Virus record (IMG/VR): IMGVR_UViG_3300024060_000003
Location: 1-36,557 of that record
Length of the DNA: 36,557 nt
Origin: a virus
Taxonomy: Duplodnaviria > Caudoviricetes
Strand: one strand, 5' to 3'
The notes under the pieces are model-generated. The model made no database searches. It was given only the letters and a program-made list of their open reading frames with translations, and was not told the origin of the DNA. The translations under genes and the position numbers were made by a program. Shown here piece by piece: positions 7,198-16,941 of the stretch (positions are counted from its first letter, which is position 1; each line of letters opens with the position of its first letter).

Positions 7198-7710
7198 ATG
7201 CCATCAGCCGCAGAGTATGATCGCATTGTGGAAGCGATCTGGAAGAAAATTCCACCGGAGCAGATGCGCAACGTTTGGCCGACCCACGCAATGAGTTTTG
7301 TGCGTGCGATGTGGAAAGCGGAAACCGGAAGAAAGTTCCGGTGGAAGATTCGCATCGGTACCGGCAACCGACGTACATGGCTCCGTGGTGGAGTGTTCAC
7401 TGTCAACCCGAATCAAGGGTGGCACAACGTCAACCACGACATGGGACACTTCATCGAACGCCGCATGGGAGGTGGAGCGCACACGGACAGTCAATTGAGA
7501 CGTGAGCGCAATGGAGCCCACCTCATCGTGCGGAAGTTCCTGGAGACGAAGCCACCTCCGGAGAAAAAGAAGTCCGACATGGTTACCGTCCGCGCTGCCC
7601 GAGTTACTGCAGGTATCCGGCGTTGGGAAGCGAAACTGAGACGGGCGAGCACTGCGCTGAAGAAGCTCAAGAAACAGCAGCGCTACTACGAAAAGGCACA
7701 GGGCTCCTAG
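7198..7710 (+). CDS. basic protein with HDxxH...H (zincin/SprT-like variant) motif and C-terminal coiled coil
   Basis: SD AAGGA, MPSAAEY...; NVNHDMGHFIERRMGGGAH. Confidence 0.8.
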   Translation: MPSAAEYDRIVEAIWKKIPPEQMRNVWPTHAMSFVRAMWKAETGRKFRWKIRIGTGNRRTWLRGGVFTVNPNQGWHNVNHDMGHFIERRMGGGAHTDSQLRRERNGAHLIVRKFLETKPPPEKKKSDMVTVRAARVTAGIRRWEAKLRRASTALKKLKKQQRYYEKAQGS

Positions 7711-7726
7711 CGAGCCCTTCTTTTTT
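7700..7726 (+). terminator. Rho-independent terminator
   Basis: AGGGCTC-CTAGC-GAGCCCT followed by TCTTTTTT. Confidence 0.8.
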
Positions 7727-7772
7727 GCGCTACCCTCGCGGAGCCCAATGGTCAACCGCAGAGGACGTCACC

Positions 7773-8165
7773 ATGCGCTACCTACTCGCCCTGCTCTGTT
7801 TCATCCCTCTCTTTGCGTCCGCTGCCGATGTCACTATCGAATGGGAGTGGCCCACGGAGTATTGCAACAGCGAGCCTTTGCCAATCACTGACATATCAGC
7901 TGCTGAGATCTACATCAGTGATGTCACTATTCCAAGAGTCCCCGGCTCATGTACGGGGGGAGTGGATGTGCCACCTCCCAGCGCCATCATAGCTACGGTG
8001 ACCACACCGGACACGACACTGCTTGTCGATCTGGCTTGCGGTAAGACCTACTTCTTCGTGATGCGGATACAAGCCGGTGGGCAATGGTCGAACTTCGCTG
8101 CTGAGGCAATGACGGATTTACTTTGCGGACGACCGAACATACCGATCATCATCCGCTTGACTTAA
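7773..8165 (+). CDS. secreted fibronectin type III-like protein
   Basis: Sec signal MRYLLALLCFIPLFASA-A; FN3-like pattern VTIEW..P...IY...LACGKTYFFVMR...S; SD GAGGA. Confidence 0.7.
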   Translation: MRYLLALLCFIPLFASAADVTIEWEWPTEYCNSEPLPITDISAAEIYISDVTIPRVPGSCTGGVDVPPPSAIIATVTTPDTTLLVDLACGKTYFFVMRIQAGGQWSNFAAEAMTDLLCGRPNIPIIIRLT

Positions 8166-8174
8166 AGATGTGTA

Positions 8175-9770
8175 ATGGGTCAGGTCATCTCCCTGAATTT
8201 TGGCCTGGTACACCAGCCGCCAAAGTTTGATTACGATTTCGACTTTGACGATCTCGACGATGAGATAAAAGAACAACTCCCCGAGGACACTGCTGAAGTA
8301 TTGCAGTTGTTCTCCGAGGAGGATCTGCACTTCCTGCGCTGGCGTATCTGCTGGCAGCGCATGGCGCGCAAGAAGCAACTGCCGCCTGAAGAATTTCTCT
8401 CGATGGAGAAGTTCATCTGGCTTATTCGGTCAGGTCGAGGCTTCGGTAAGACGCTTACTGGCGCGAACTGGCTGGGGGAACAGGCGTGGCTGGTCGCGAG
8501 TTTCTATGCAGTTATCTCTCCGACGCATGATGATGTTCGTTACACCTGCTTCGAGGGTCCAACCGGACTCCTGTCGGTCATTCCTCCGCAGCTTATTCAT
8601 GACCGGAACCAAGCTCTCCCCTCTATCACCTTAAAGAATGGATCAATCATTCGCGGGTTCGCAGGAGACACTCCCGAACGATTACGTGGACCGCAGCATG
8701 CAGCTATCTGGGCGGATGAGATTGCATCGTGGAAGTACCCTCAAGAGGCGTGGGACAACATCATGTTCGGTCTGCGTCTGGGTGAGACTCCACGCCTCTG
8801 CGTGACGGGTACGCCGAAACCGACACCGTTCATACGCAGGCTGCTGAAAGATAAACGTTGCGTGGACGTGGTCGGTTCGACGTACGAAAACCGCGAGAAC
8901 TTGACCGAGTACTTCTTCGAGTCCATCGCTAAGTACGAGGGCACGCGCGTTGGTCGGCAGGAAATCCATGGTGAGGTGCTGGATCCGGAGGAGGAGGGAT
9001 TCGTTCAGCGCAGTCAGTGGCGCGTTTGGCCTGCTGACAAGAAGCTACCGAAATTCACCTACATCGTCATGTCCATCGACCCCGCATTCAAAGAAAGGAA
9101 CTACGACAAGCGTAAGCAAGTGAGTGACCCAACAGCCTGCTCAGTGTGGGGTTTGTTCATGGTGCCTCGCCTGGGTAAACCTCCGATCCCGAATGCCATG
9201 CTATTGGACGCCTGGGAAGACTGGCTGGGGTTCCCGGCTTTGGTGCGGCGTATCAAGAAAGAGAGGAGCTACACCTATGGGGACACAGACGAGCCTTATC
9301 TGAAGCCTGTAGTTATCGCGAAACGTAAGCGCGCCAAGCATCAGGGGCGTAGGATTGACATCATCCTGATTGAAGAAAAAGCCTCCGGTATCTCTATCCG
9401 TCAACAGCTCGCGGAAGAGAACATCTTGACTCACGGGTACAATCCGGGTAATGAAGACAAGCTAACGAGACTTCATTACGTCTCGCCCATGTATGCAGCA
9501 GGAAGAGTATGGGCAGTTGAGTCCGAAGTAAATCCTGGAAACTTCAAAAGTTGGGCCGACCCACTGATATCGCAGGTGTGTTCTTACGTAGGTCCTGGGT
9601 CTACTGAGAGAGATGATTTGTTAGACACTTCTACCCAAGGGTTACGTCTTCTCATGGACAAATTCTTCGGACCCTTCACCATCGTCGATTCTGTCGAGGA
9701 TCGTGAACGAGCCCGTGCTCGTGAGATTGCTGAACGGCGACTGAGCAAAAAAGAGTCTCCATATGGCTGA
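8175..9770 (+). CDS. terL: terminase large subunit
   Basis: Walker A SGRGFGKT, Walker B IWADE, coupling motif TGTP, nuclease SIDPA...IEEKASG...DDLLD. Confidence 0.97.
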   Translation: MGQVISLNFGLVHQPPKFDYDFDFDDLDDEIKEQLPEDTAEVLQLFSEEDLHFLRWRICWQRMARKKQLPPEEFLSMEKFIWLIRSGRGFGKTLTGANWLGEQAWLVASFYAVISPTHDDVRYTCFEGPTGLLSVIPPQLIHDRNQALPSITLKNGSIIRGFAGDTPERLRGPQHAAIWADEIASWKYPQEAWDNIMFGLRLGETPRLCVTGTPKPTPFIRRLLKDKRCVDVVGSTYENRENLTEYFFESIAKYEGTRVGRQEIHGEVLDPEEEGFVQRSQWRVWPADKKLPKFTYIVMSIDPAFKERNYDKRKQVSDPTACSVWGLFMVPRLGKPPIPNAMLLDAWEDWLGFPALVRRIKKERSYTYGDTDEPYLKPVVIAKRKRAKHQGRRIDIILIEEKASGISIRQQLAEENILTHGYNPGNEDKLTRLHYVSPMYAAGRVWAVESEVNPGNFKSWADPLISQVCSYVGPGSTERDDLLDTSTQGLRLLMDKFFGPFTIVDSVEDRERARAREIAERRLSKKESPYG

Positions 9771-10119
9771 GCAGCCTCCCATTAAATTAGACGTTCCTTA
9801 CTTCATACATGATCCCGTAGATCATCTCCGTGCACTTAAGTGGTGTGAAGGGCACTGGGCAGAGCTAATGTTCGCCCTCAAAGATCGAGGCCTCGAGGAT
9901 CAGATCTCTCCGGACGCAGAAACACTGAACAAGAAATTCCTCGCCGGAGAATTGGATCCGTGTTGGGAAGCTTGCAACATGATCAACATGGGAGCACTGG
10001 AGTGCTTCGGACCTGACAAGATCATCAATGAGAATGCTGGGTGTCCTGTGTGTTCGTTCGCGAATATTACCGGGTATGTGTGTGATCTGATGACCGTAAA
10101 ATACGGGAGTTCTCACTAA
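9763..10119 (+). CDS. hypothetical protein between TerL and portal
   Basis: 118 aa, overlaps both neighbours, CxxH and CPVC motifs. Confidence 0.75.
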   Translation: MAEQPPIKLDVPYFIHDPVDHLRALKWCEGHWAELMFALKDRGLEDQISPDAETLNKKFLAGELDPCWEACNMINMGALECFGPDKIINENAGCPVCSFANITGYVCDLMTVKYGSSH

Positions 10120-12731
10120 TGGTCGAAGAAGTCGTAGGTGGAGTAGAAACATTTACCGATGTACCTGATGAGGTAATTGATACCGACGACGGAGGTGCCA
10201 TAGTCAGAGTCACCGACGATGTCCCGACCAAGATAAACAGAGAGTGGTACGACAACATCGCGGATGACTTCACCGATGAAGTACTAAACAAAATCGCAAC
10301 TCGACTGCTCGAGGATATTGAACGCGACAAGAAGGCTCGCGAGAAACGTGAAAAAGATTACGAAGAAGCGATCAAGCGCACCGGCTTAGGCAAGGAGACC
10401 CCCGGTGGTGCAGACTTCGAGGGCGCATCCAAAGCAGTGCATCCAATGCTTACAGAAGCTACGGTGGACTTCGCTGCGCGCGCTATCAAAGAACTTATGC
10501 CGCCTAATGGTCCCGTCAAAGTCTACGTCCCCGGTGACCATCCTGATGCAGACCGCTTTAAGAAAGGGGACCGTGTCAAGAATTACATGAACTGGCAGTT
10601 CCTGGTTCAGATGCCAGACTTCCGCACTGAGCTAGAGCAACTTTTGACCCAGACTCCATTAGGCGGATCGCAGTACATGCGACTTGTCTATGACGATAAG
10701 AAGAAACGTCCTGTTCCGACTTATTGGCCCAGCGACGATGTCTACATTCCCTACGCAGCTTCCAACTTTTACACCGCAGAACGTCTTACCTTCGTCGAAC
10801 ACATCACGGAGTTCGAGTTCAAGCAGCGTGTCAAGAGCAAGATGTACAAGGACTATGGTCCTGATATCGCAACGGTGTCCGGTGCTACTGAAGAGCTGAC
10901 TCGACCGGCGAAAGCAACGGCTGCTGTTGAAGGTAAGGATCCGGTTGCACCTTATAACGAAGACGGACTGCGAAACGAGTACGAGGTCAACTGTTGGTGC
11001 GATGACTTAGAAGATAAGTACGAGTACGCCCCTTATCGCATCACTATCGATGGTGCAAACCATAAAGTTGTTGCAGTCAATCGCAACTGGGAAGAGAACG
11101 ACGAGACCAAACAGCCACTGTACTGGGCAGTAGAGTTCCCATTCATACCTTGGCGCGGAGCGGGTTCCATTGGTCTCGGTCAAATGATTGGCTCCTTGTC
11201 GGGGGCGGCGACTGGTGCGCTCCGCGCCCTTTTAGATTCGGCACACATGAACAACTTGCCTACTTTGATTCGCCTCAAAGGGGCGAACTTCAGTGGACAG
11301 AGTAAAGAGCTACGTGTCGCTGCAGTGACTGAGATCGAAGGCGGCATTGCCGGTGATGACATTCGCAAGCTCATCATGCCGGTACCGTTTAACCAACCGT
11401 CGCCAGTTCTGCTTGAACTGTTGGGCGTCGTGGATAAGTTGGGTAGGGGTGTCGTTCAGACAACCTTCGAAAAATTAGGAGAGCAATCCACCCAAATGCC
11501 TGTAGGCACCACGCTAGCGCTTATCGAGGAAGGCATGACTGTCTTCAGCGCTATCCACCTGAGACTGTACTCAGCCATGGACAGGGTTATAAAAATCCTG
11601 TGCCGGATTAACCGGATGTACCTGGATGAGGACGAACTCAAAGACGACGTTGGAACTGTTCTTGCTTATCGAAAGGATTTCGATCCACCGCATGACATCA
11701 TGCCGGTGGCAGATCCGGAGATCTTCTCTGACGTTCAACGCATGGCACAATTGCAGGTCGTTGCAGATCGTGCCGCTGCGATGCCCGAGGTTTACAACGT
11801 CAAGGAAGTCGAGAAGCGTATTCTCGAGCGAACCAAGATTCCTAACCCTGATGAACTGCTTCTGCCTGACGATACGCCCCAGGAGCAAAACGCAGTTAAC
11901 GAGAATGCATCCATGAGCCTGGGCCGACCTGTGGCAGCATTCCCAGTGCAGGATCATTTAGCACATCTGCAGGTCCATTTGGATTACGCGATGTCGCCCG
12001 TGTTAGGACAGAATCCTCTGATTGCTCCACGGTTCATTCCGATGCTCATGGGGCACATCATCGAACACATCGCGTTTTACTACGTTGAATACAACGTTGA
12101 TCTGTTGCAAGCATCGTCAAACCTTAGTGATGAGCAGCTGAGGCAGGTCTTGCAACTTCACGATCCCGACGTACGCGCGGAAATGGACAAGAATCTTGCA
12201 ATGCAATCTCCGGATGTGATCCCTGCTATTGGAAAAGTTTTGTCAGGCGTCATGCCCGTGATTGAGCAGCTACAGCAAGTCATGCAGTCCTTCGAGCCTG
12301 AGCCGGAAACACCTCCGGTCGATCCGAATGCGATGGCTGCTATCGAGCAAGAGCGCGAGGCTGACGAGGCCCGAGATTCACGTGAGCGAGAACGAACTCA
12401 GTTGACCCTTGTGGATAAGCGCGAAGCGCGTGAGCACAAGACAGATCTGACCTTTATGGAGCTTGATGCCGAGGAGAAACAGAAGGCTCTAGATGCTGCC
12501 CAGGACGATGCTCTCAAAGCTAAAGAGTACGCTGCTCGACTCAAGGAGCTGGTAGAGCGCGAGCGGGCGGAGGACGAGCGTACTGTTATGGAGACCACTT
12601 CGCGCGAAGCCATGAATGCTGAGGACAATGCCACAGCACTTGAAATCGCAGGCGTCAAGGCAGTGACTGATCGGTCGAAGATCAAGTCGGGAGAGGGTGT
12701 AACAAACCCCCGACCACGCACGAGCACTTGA
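10119..12731 (+). CDS. portal protein (podovirus-type, long helical C-terminal extension)
   Basis: 870 aa after TerL; HPMLTEA..DFAARA..EL, YMNWQ, G.GL..MIG, PVGTTLALIE motifs typical of this portal type. Confidence 0.9.
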   Translation: MVEEVVGGVETFTDVPDEVIDTDDGGAIVRVTDDVPTKINREWYDNIADDFTDEVLNKIATRLLEDIERDKKAREKREKDYEEAIKRTGLGKETPGGADFEGASKAVHPMLTEATVDFAARAIKELMPPNGPVKVYVPGDHPDADRFKKGDRVKNYMNWQFLVQMPDFRTELEQLLTQTPLGGSQYMRLVYDDKKKRPVPTYWPSDDVYIPYAASNFYTAERLTFVEHITEFEFKQRVKSKMYKDYGPDIATVSGATEELTRPAKATAAVEGKDPVAPYNEDGLRNEYEVNCWCDDLEDKYEYAPYRITIDGANHKVVAVNRNWEENDETKQPLYWAVEFPFIPWRGAGSIGLGQMIGSLSGAATGALRALLDSAHMNNLPTLIRLKGANFSGQSKELRVAAVTEIEGGIAGDDIRKLIMPVPFNQPSPVLLELLGVVDKLGRGVVQTTFEKLGEQSTQMPVGTTLALIEEGMTVFSAIHLRLYSAMDRVIKILCRINRMYLDEDELKDDVGTVLAYRKDFDPPHDIMPVADPEIFSDVQRMAQLQVVADRAAAMPEVYNVKEVEKRILERTKIPNPDELLLPDDTPQEQNAVNENASMSLGRPVAAFPVQDHLAHLQVHLDYAMSPVLGQNPLIAPRFIPMLMGHIIEHIAFYYVEYNVDLLQASSNLSDEQLRQVLQLHDPDVRAEMDKNLAMQSPDVIPAIGKVLSGVMPVIEQLQQVMQSFEPEPETPPVDPNAMAAIEQEREADEARDSRERERTQLTLVDKREAREHKTDLTFMELDAEEKQKALDAAQDDALKAKEYAARLKELVERERAEDERTVMETTSREAMNAEDNATALEIAGVKAVTDRSKIKSGEGVTNPRPRTST

Positions 12732-12808
12732 TAAAGTGGGCTCGAGAAGCAGATGATAGACCGGTAGCGTGTCCCGCAAGGGCTCCATATTCAACAGGAG
12801 AGTAGACG

Positions 12809-13042
12809 ATGAAAGACGGCACACACAGCAAAGGCATGGGCAAGTACCCGGCAGGTGCGATCAGCCAGCACAAGGCACTGGCGACGGGGGCTGCACTTCA
12901 AACTGCTAAGACAGCAGACAAAGGCGGCGACATGAATCTGAAGGGCGGAATGGGCAAAGGTGGCACAATTTCATCCAGCGGAGACACCGGAGGCCCGAAA
13001 GGCGGGCGACCTCTGAAGAACACACGTTCGACACCCGCGTAA
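12809..13042 (+). CDS. small Gly/Lys-rich protein
   Basis: SD CAGGAG; four KGG motifs. Confidence 0.75.
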   Translation: MKDGTHSKGMGKYPAGAISQHKALATGAALQTAKTADKGGDMNLKGGMGKGGTISSSGDTGGPKGGRPLKNTRSTPA

Positions 13043-13054
13043 TTCGGGGCTAGT

Positions 13055-13252
13055 ATGTCCGCCGAAGATGTACTGTTAAAGAAGTACCTTCAACGGCTGA
13101 AGGAGGAACAGGCCGGATGCATCGCGTTGCTCGCGACGCCGAAGAGCAAAACAGAGTTCGGCTACGGTGAAGCATGCGGCATCTATCAAGGTCTGCGTCG
13201 CGCCGAGCAGTTGTTCGAGGAAGTAATCGGGGAAGACGAAGACAAGATCTAA
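13055..13252 (+). CDS. small helical head-module protein
   Basis: 65 aa, Y...CG.YQGL..A pattern, position between portal and GroES-like gene. Confidence 0.8.
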   Translation: MSAEDVLLKKYLQRLKEEQAGCIALLATPKSKTEFGYGEACGIYQGLRRAEQLFEEVIGEDEDKI

Positions 13253-13254
13253 CG

Positions 13255-13701
13255 ATGGTAGCGAATGCTCAAAGTTTGCAGCTGGATTACGATTCTGTAG
13301 ATCAAGCCTTTCCGGAAGTGGATCCGGGCTTGAGGCCTTTTGGCAGCAGGATTTTGATTCAGAAGCGTGGAGTGAAAGCGCGTCTGAAGAGTGGGCTCTA
13401 CGTTCCACAGGAGACCCAGGATACCGAGTTTTGGAACACTCAGGTAGCTAAAGTCATCGCACTTGGACCGGGTGCTTTTAAGAATCGCGACACTCTGGAG
13501 GTCTGGCCTGAAGGAGAGTGGTGTCAACCGGGTACCTTCGTTCGCGTTCCCAAGTATTCTGGGGACAGATGGTTCGTAGAGGTACCTGAGGGTGAAGCTA
13601 AAGAGACGGGTATTGAGAAAGTGTGCTTCGTCTTATTCAACGATCTAGACTTGATCGGTGAAATTACGTGTGACCCCATGGATGTTATCGCTTATCTGTA
13701 G
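13255..13701 (+). CDS. groES: GroES/Cpn10-like co-chaperonin
   Basis: LRPFGSRILI, KSGLYVP mobile loop, AKVIALGPG, KYSG, LFNDLDLIG. Confidence 0.88.
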   Translation: MVANAQSLQLDYDSVDQAFPEVDPGLRPFGSRILIQKRGVKARLKSGLYVPQETQDTEFWNTQVAKVIALGPGAFKNRDTLEVWPEGEWCQPGTFVRVPKYSGDRWFVEVPEGEAKETGIEKVCFVLFNDLDLIGEITCDPMDVIAYL

Positions 13702-13711
13702 GAGATAGAGC

Positions 13712-14737
13712 ATGGCCCCCGAAAACGAAGCCGTCACAACAGACGAAGAACAAGAAGAAGAGTTCGTTGCCGTCGAGCAAGAGCCTGGGAAAGAGACTCA
13801 GCAGGCTGCTGGCGACGATGAGCACGAGGAGGGCGAAGGGGAAGAGGAAGAGCAGGACGAGCGTCTCGCCGCTGACCAAGAAGATGAGGACGATAAAAAG
13901 GAGCGACGCCGCTCTGAGAATAAATCCCGTCGTCAGCGTCAGAAAGAAGCACGCGACCGTACTGAGCGTGAACTAAAGTTCCTGCAGAATCGCAACGAGG
14001 AACTGGAGCGACGCTTCAGTCACTTCGAGCAGGAGACAGACGCACGTGTCACTGGCAGCGAAATTGCCAGTATCGATGTATCCATTAACAAAGCTCGATC
14101 TGATATGCAACTTGCTAATCAGGTCATTGAGCAGGCTGTAACAGCACAGGACGGTAAGAACCTTGCTGAGGCTCTCACTCATAGAGACACCATTCGTGAT
14201 GACCTCCGCGATCTTGAGCAGGCTAAAGGTTACCTCGCTAATAACTCGCGTAGAGGTGAGTCACCTGTTCAGCAACAGCTCGATCCGCGTCACGTTGCTC
14301 ACGCACAGAAGTTCATGATCGACAATGAGTGGTGGGATCCAAGTGGGCGCGACCCGGATTCGAAGATTGTGCTAGATATCGACCGCTCATTGGTTCAAGA
14401 AGGCTATCAGCCTGCAACCAAAGATTACTGGGACGAGCTACGGGCTCGTTCCGCAAAAGCATTACCGAAGCGGTTCGAGTCCCGAACCGGTTCACGCGAG
14501 GATGGGGATGGTGGAGAGGGGTCCGGTAACGGACAACAGAAGCCAACCGGTGCTCGTGGGCCTCAGTTCCGAACTGGTGGGCGGGAACGTCCGTTGAAGA
14601 AGAATGAGGTTTATATCAGCCCCGAAAGAAAAGAAGCTATGATCGAGGCTGGTGTATGGGACGATCCAGTGCTCCGTAACAAATACCTGAAGTCGTACGC
14701 GACGTACGATCAAGAGGCAACGGCGGAGGGAGCATAA
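13712..14737 (+). CDS. putative capsid scaffolding protein
   Basis: Acidic disordered N-terminus, coiled coil, short helical C-terminus; upstream of MCP; SD AGGAG. Confidence 0.7.
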   Translation: MAPENEAVTTDEEQEEEFVAVEQEPGKETQQAAGDDEHEEGEGEEEEQDERLAADQEDEDDKKERRRSENKSRRQRQKEARDRTERELKFLQNRNEELERRFSHFEQETDARVTGSEIASIDVSINKARSDMQLANQVIEQAVTAQDGKNLAEALTHRDTIRDDLRDLEQAKGYLANNSRRGESPVQQQLDPRHVAHAQKFMIDNEWWDPSGRDPDSKIVLDIDRSLVQEGYQPATKDYWDELRARSAKALPKRFESRTGSREDGDGGEGSGNGQQKPTGARGPQFRTGGRERPLKKNEVYISPERKEAMIEAGVWDDPVLRNKYLKSYATYDQEATAEGA

Positions 14738-14739
14738 TC

Positions 14740-15324
14740 ATGGTAGCAAAACGTAGAACCGACACGAGACTGAATTCCGATCAATCGGGAGTACGCGTTG
14801 ATCGTCACATGACAGATAGGAATGTGACGCAAAACCGCGAGCTGTCAGACGATGAACGGGTGGCTGAGTTTCGCCAGCAGTACTTTCAATCTGCATTGCC
14901 AGACATTCCGAAGATCAAGGGTTACCACGTTTGTTGGCTGACCACGGAAAATCCCCGAGACCCGATTCATGCGCGGGTTCGCCTGGGTTATGAGCCGATT
15001 AAGGCATCGGACATTCCTGGGTGGAACCATTCAGAGCTTAAAACGGGCGAGTGGGCAGGCTGCATTGGTGTAAACGAGATGATCGCTTTCAAGCTTCCTC
15101 TCGAATTGTACGAACAGTACATGCGCATCAATCATCATGAGGCACCTCTCAACGAAGAGGAAAAACTCAGCAGTCAACTCCGTGCGATGGAAGCTGAGAT
15201 GAACGCCGCAACGAAGCGCGGCAAAGTAAGTCTAGAACTTGAGGATGGCACAGCAGCGTTGGGAGTGGCACCGGAGCCACCTCCTTTCGCACTTGCGACT
15301 GGAGAGGCACCGGATGACATTTAA
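14740..15324 (+). CDS. head-module hypothetical protein
   Basis: 194 aa, SD GGAG; P...GYHVCWL...LGYEP pattern. Confidence 0.8.
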   Translation: MVAKRRTDTRLNSDQSGVRVDRHMTDRNVTQNRELSDDERVAEFRQQYFQSALPDIPKIKGYHVCWLTTENPRDPIHARVRLGYEPIKASDIPGWNHSELKTGEWAGCIGVNEMIAFKLPLELYEQYMRINHHEAPLNEEEKLSSQLRAMEAEMNAATKRGKVSLELEDGTAALGVAPEPPPFALATGEAPDDI

Positions 15325-15347
15325 CCTAGCATTCGGAGGCTCTCATT

Positions 15348-15911
15348 ATGAGTTCTGTAGCATCTCCGTTCGGGCTAAAGCCAGCTTTTCATCCGTCAGG
15401 CATCATTCGCCAGCAGCAATCGACGATAATTAGCGGCTTCGCTACGAACATCTTTCAGTTCTCCCCTGTGCGTATTGACGACGCAACAGGCGCACTTGTG
15501 CCTGCTGTCGCTGGTGCAGCCAATGTTCTCGGTGTCTTTGCGGGCGTCGAGTTCACGGGTACCGACGGCAGACGTCGCGTTGGCAATAACTGGGAAGCCA
15601 ACCAAGTGGCAACGGAAATCGTTGCCTACTACGTTGGTGACCCATTAATGGTCTATGAAATCCAAGGTGATGGTCCGATTCTTCAGGCCAACATCGGGGA
15701 CATGGCGGACTACAACGCACTTGCGGGGAATACAACGACTGGTCTTTCGAGCGTGTCGTTGGAAACCGCAGATCTCAGTGCTGCTGCCGCTACGCTCCGC
15801 GTAGTTGGCATCAATCCTGCACCCGATAACGTGATTGGTGATGCGTTCACCATCGCGCAGGTGCAGATTGCTGAGCATGCATTCCAATCCAACGTGGTCA
15901 TTAAGACCTAG
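15348..15911 (+). CDS. putative capsid decoration/cement protein
   Basis: Ala/Gly/Val-rich beta-type sequence (PFGLKP, LGVFAGVEF, DP..VYEIQ) immediately before MCP. Confidence 0.65.
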   Translation: MSSVASPFGLKPAFHPSGIIRQQQSTIISGFATNIFQFSPVRIDDATGALVPAVAGAANVLGVFAGVEFTGTDGRRRVGNNWEANQVATEIVAYYVGDPLMVYEIQGDGPILQANIGDMADYNALAGNTTTGLSSVSLETADLSAAAATLRVVGINPAPDNVIGDAFTIAQVQIAEHAFQSNVVIKT

Positions 15912-15933
15912 CAACCTAAAGGAGGTTTAGCTC

Positions 15934-16863
15934 ATGGCAGTTCCAATGAGATCCACTGACTTTAGGTCAATAGTGGAACCGATCCTGAACGAGACATTTG
16001 ACGGGATCTACACGCAACGCGCCGACGAATGGAAAGGCGTCTTCAAAGAACGCACGGGTACCCCCCGTTCGTACCACGAAGAGCCGGTCCTGTTCGGTTT
16101 CAACGCTGCACCTGAGATGCCTGACGGCACTCCGGTCACGTTCGACGCAGGCGGAGTGCTGTTTATTCAGCGCTACGTCTACAAGGTCTTCGGTTTGGCG
16201 TTCGCGCTGACCAAGGTCTTGGTCGAAGATGGCGATCACATCCGCATCGGTCGAATCTACTCCGAGCATCTCGCTCAGAGCATGATCGAAACGAAGGAAA
16301 CGTTATGCGCGAATATTCTAAATCGCGCGTTCAACGGTGCCTTCGTCGGTGGTGATGGGGTAGCACTCACCGTGACAAACCATCCGATTGCGCCAGGAGG
16401 CTCAGCGGGTGGGGTGTTCTCGAACCTACTGACGACTGCTGCGGCTCTGTCGCAAACGTCACTTGAGCAGCTGCTCATTCAGATTCGCAATGCCGTGGAC
16501 AACAACGGTAAGCGGATTCGTTTGCAGCCTCTCAAGATCGTCACGGGTCCGAGTCAGGTGTTCCAGTCGGAAGTCCTCTTGAAGTCTGTCCTGCGTGCAG
16601 GAACGGCTAACAATGACATCAACCCGATCCTGTCCATGGGGCTTCTGTCTCAGGGTCAGGCTAACTTGTCGCGTATCACTTCAACGACTGCATGGTGGAT
16701 CCTGACGGATGCTCCACGTGGTCTGCAGATGATGATGCGACGTGGGTTGGAGAAGTCAATGGAAGGCGACTTCGAAACCGACTCTATGCGTTACAAGTCC
16801 ACGGAACGTTACATTCCGGATTGGACTGATCCGCGCATCATCTTCGGCACACCTGGACTCTAA
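15934..16863 (+). CDS. major capsid protein (HK97 fold, Mu gpT-like family)
   Basis: 309 aa, perfect SD AAAGGAGG; DG.P..FD, LAQSM.ETKE...ANILN.AF, GGDGVAL, DFETDSMRYK..ERY...WTDPR. Confidence 0.92.
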   Translation: MAVPMRSTDFRSIVEPILNETFDGIYTQRADEWKGVFKERTGTPRSYHEEPVLFGFNAAPEMPDGTPVTFDAGGVLFIQRYVYKVFGLAFALTKVLVEDGDHIRIGRIYSEHLAQSMIETKETLCANILNRAFNGAFVGGDGVALTVTNHPIAPGGSAGGVFSNLLTTAAALSQTSLEQLLIQIRNAVDNNGKRIRLQPLKIVTGPSQVFQSEVLLKSVLRAGTANNDINPILSMGLLSQGQANLSRITSTTAWWILTDAPRGLQMMMRRGLEKSMEGDFETDSMRYKSTERYIPDWTDPRIIFGTPGL

Positions 16864-16883
16864 GGTCCAAAACGCAGAAGGGT

Positions 16884-16935
16884 GGGGGCCAGACGTGAAA
16901 TGGCCCCCTAACTTCTCCAGACGTGAAATGGAGAA
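16884..16935 (+). promoter_or_regulatory. twin hairpins with identical GACGTGAAA loops
   Basis: GGGGGCCA-GACGTGAAA-TGGCCCCC (16884-16908) and TTCTCCA-GACGTGAAA-TGGAGAA (16913-16935). Confidence 0.8.
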
Positions 16936-16941
16936 ACCAAG

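Noticed and set aside
7734-7764. Hairpin CCTCGCGG/CCGCAGAGG over the SD of ORF 7773, and a second GAGCCC able to pair with the terminator 5' arm
   Set aside because: The stem is short and bulged in GC-rich sequence, and the alternative pairing lies downstream of the U-tract so cannot act as an antiterminator.
12732-12808. Intergenic gap after the portal gene with CCC-GCAA-GGG mini-hairpin
   Set aside because: Only a 3-bp stem with no U-tract or promoter consensus; not supportable as a feature.
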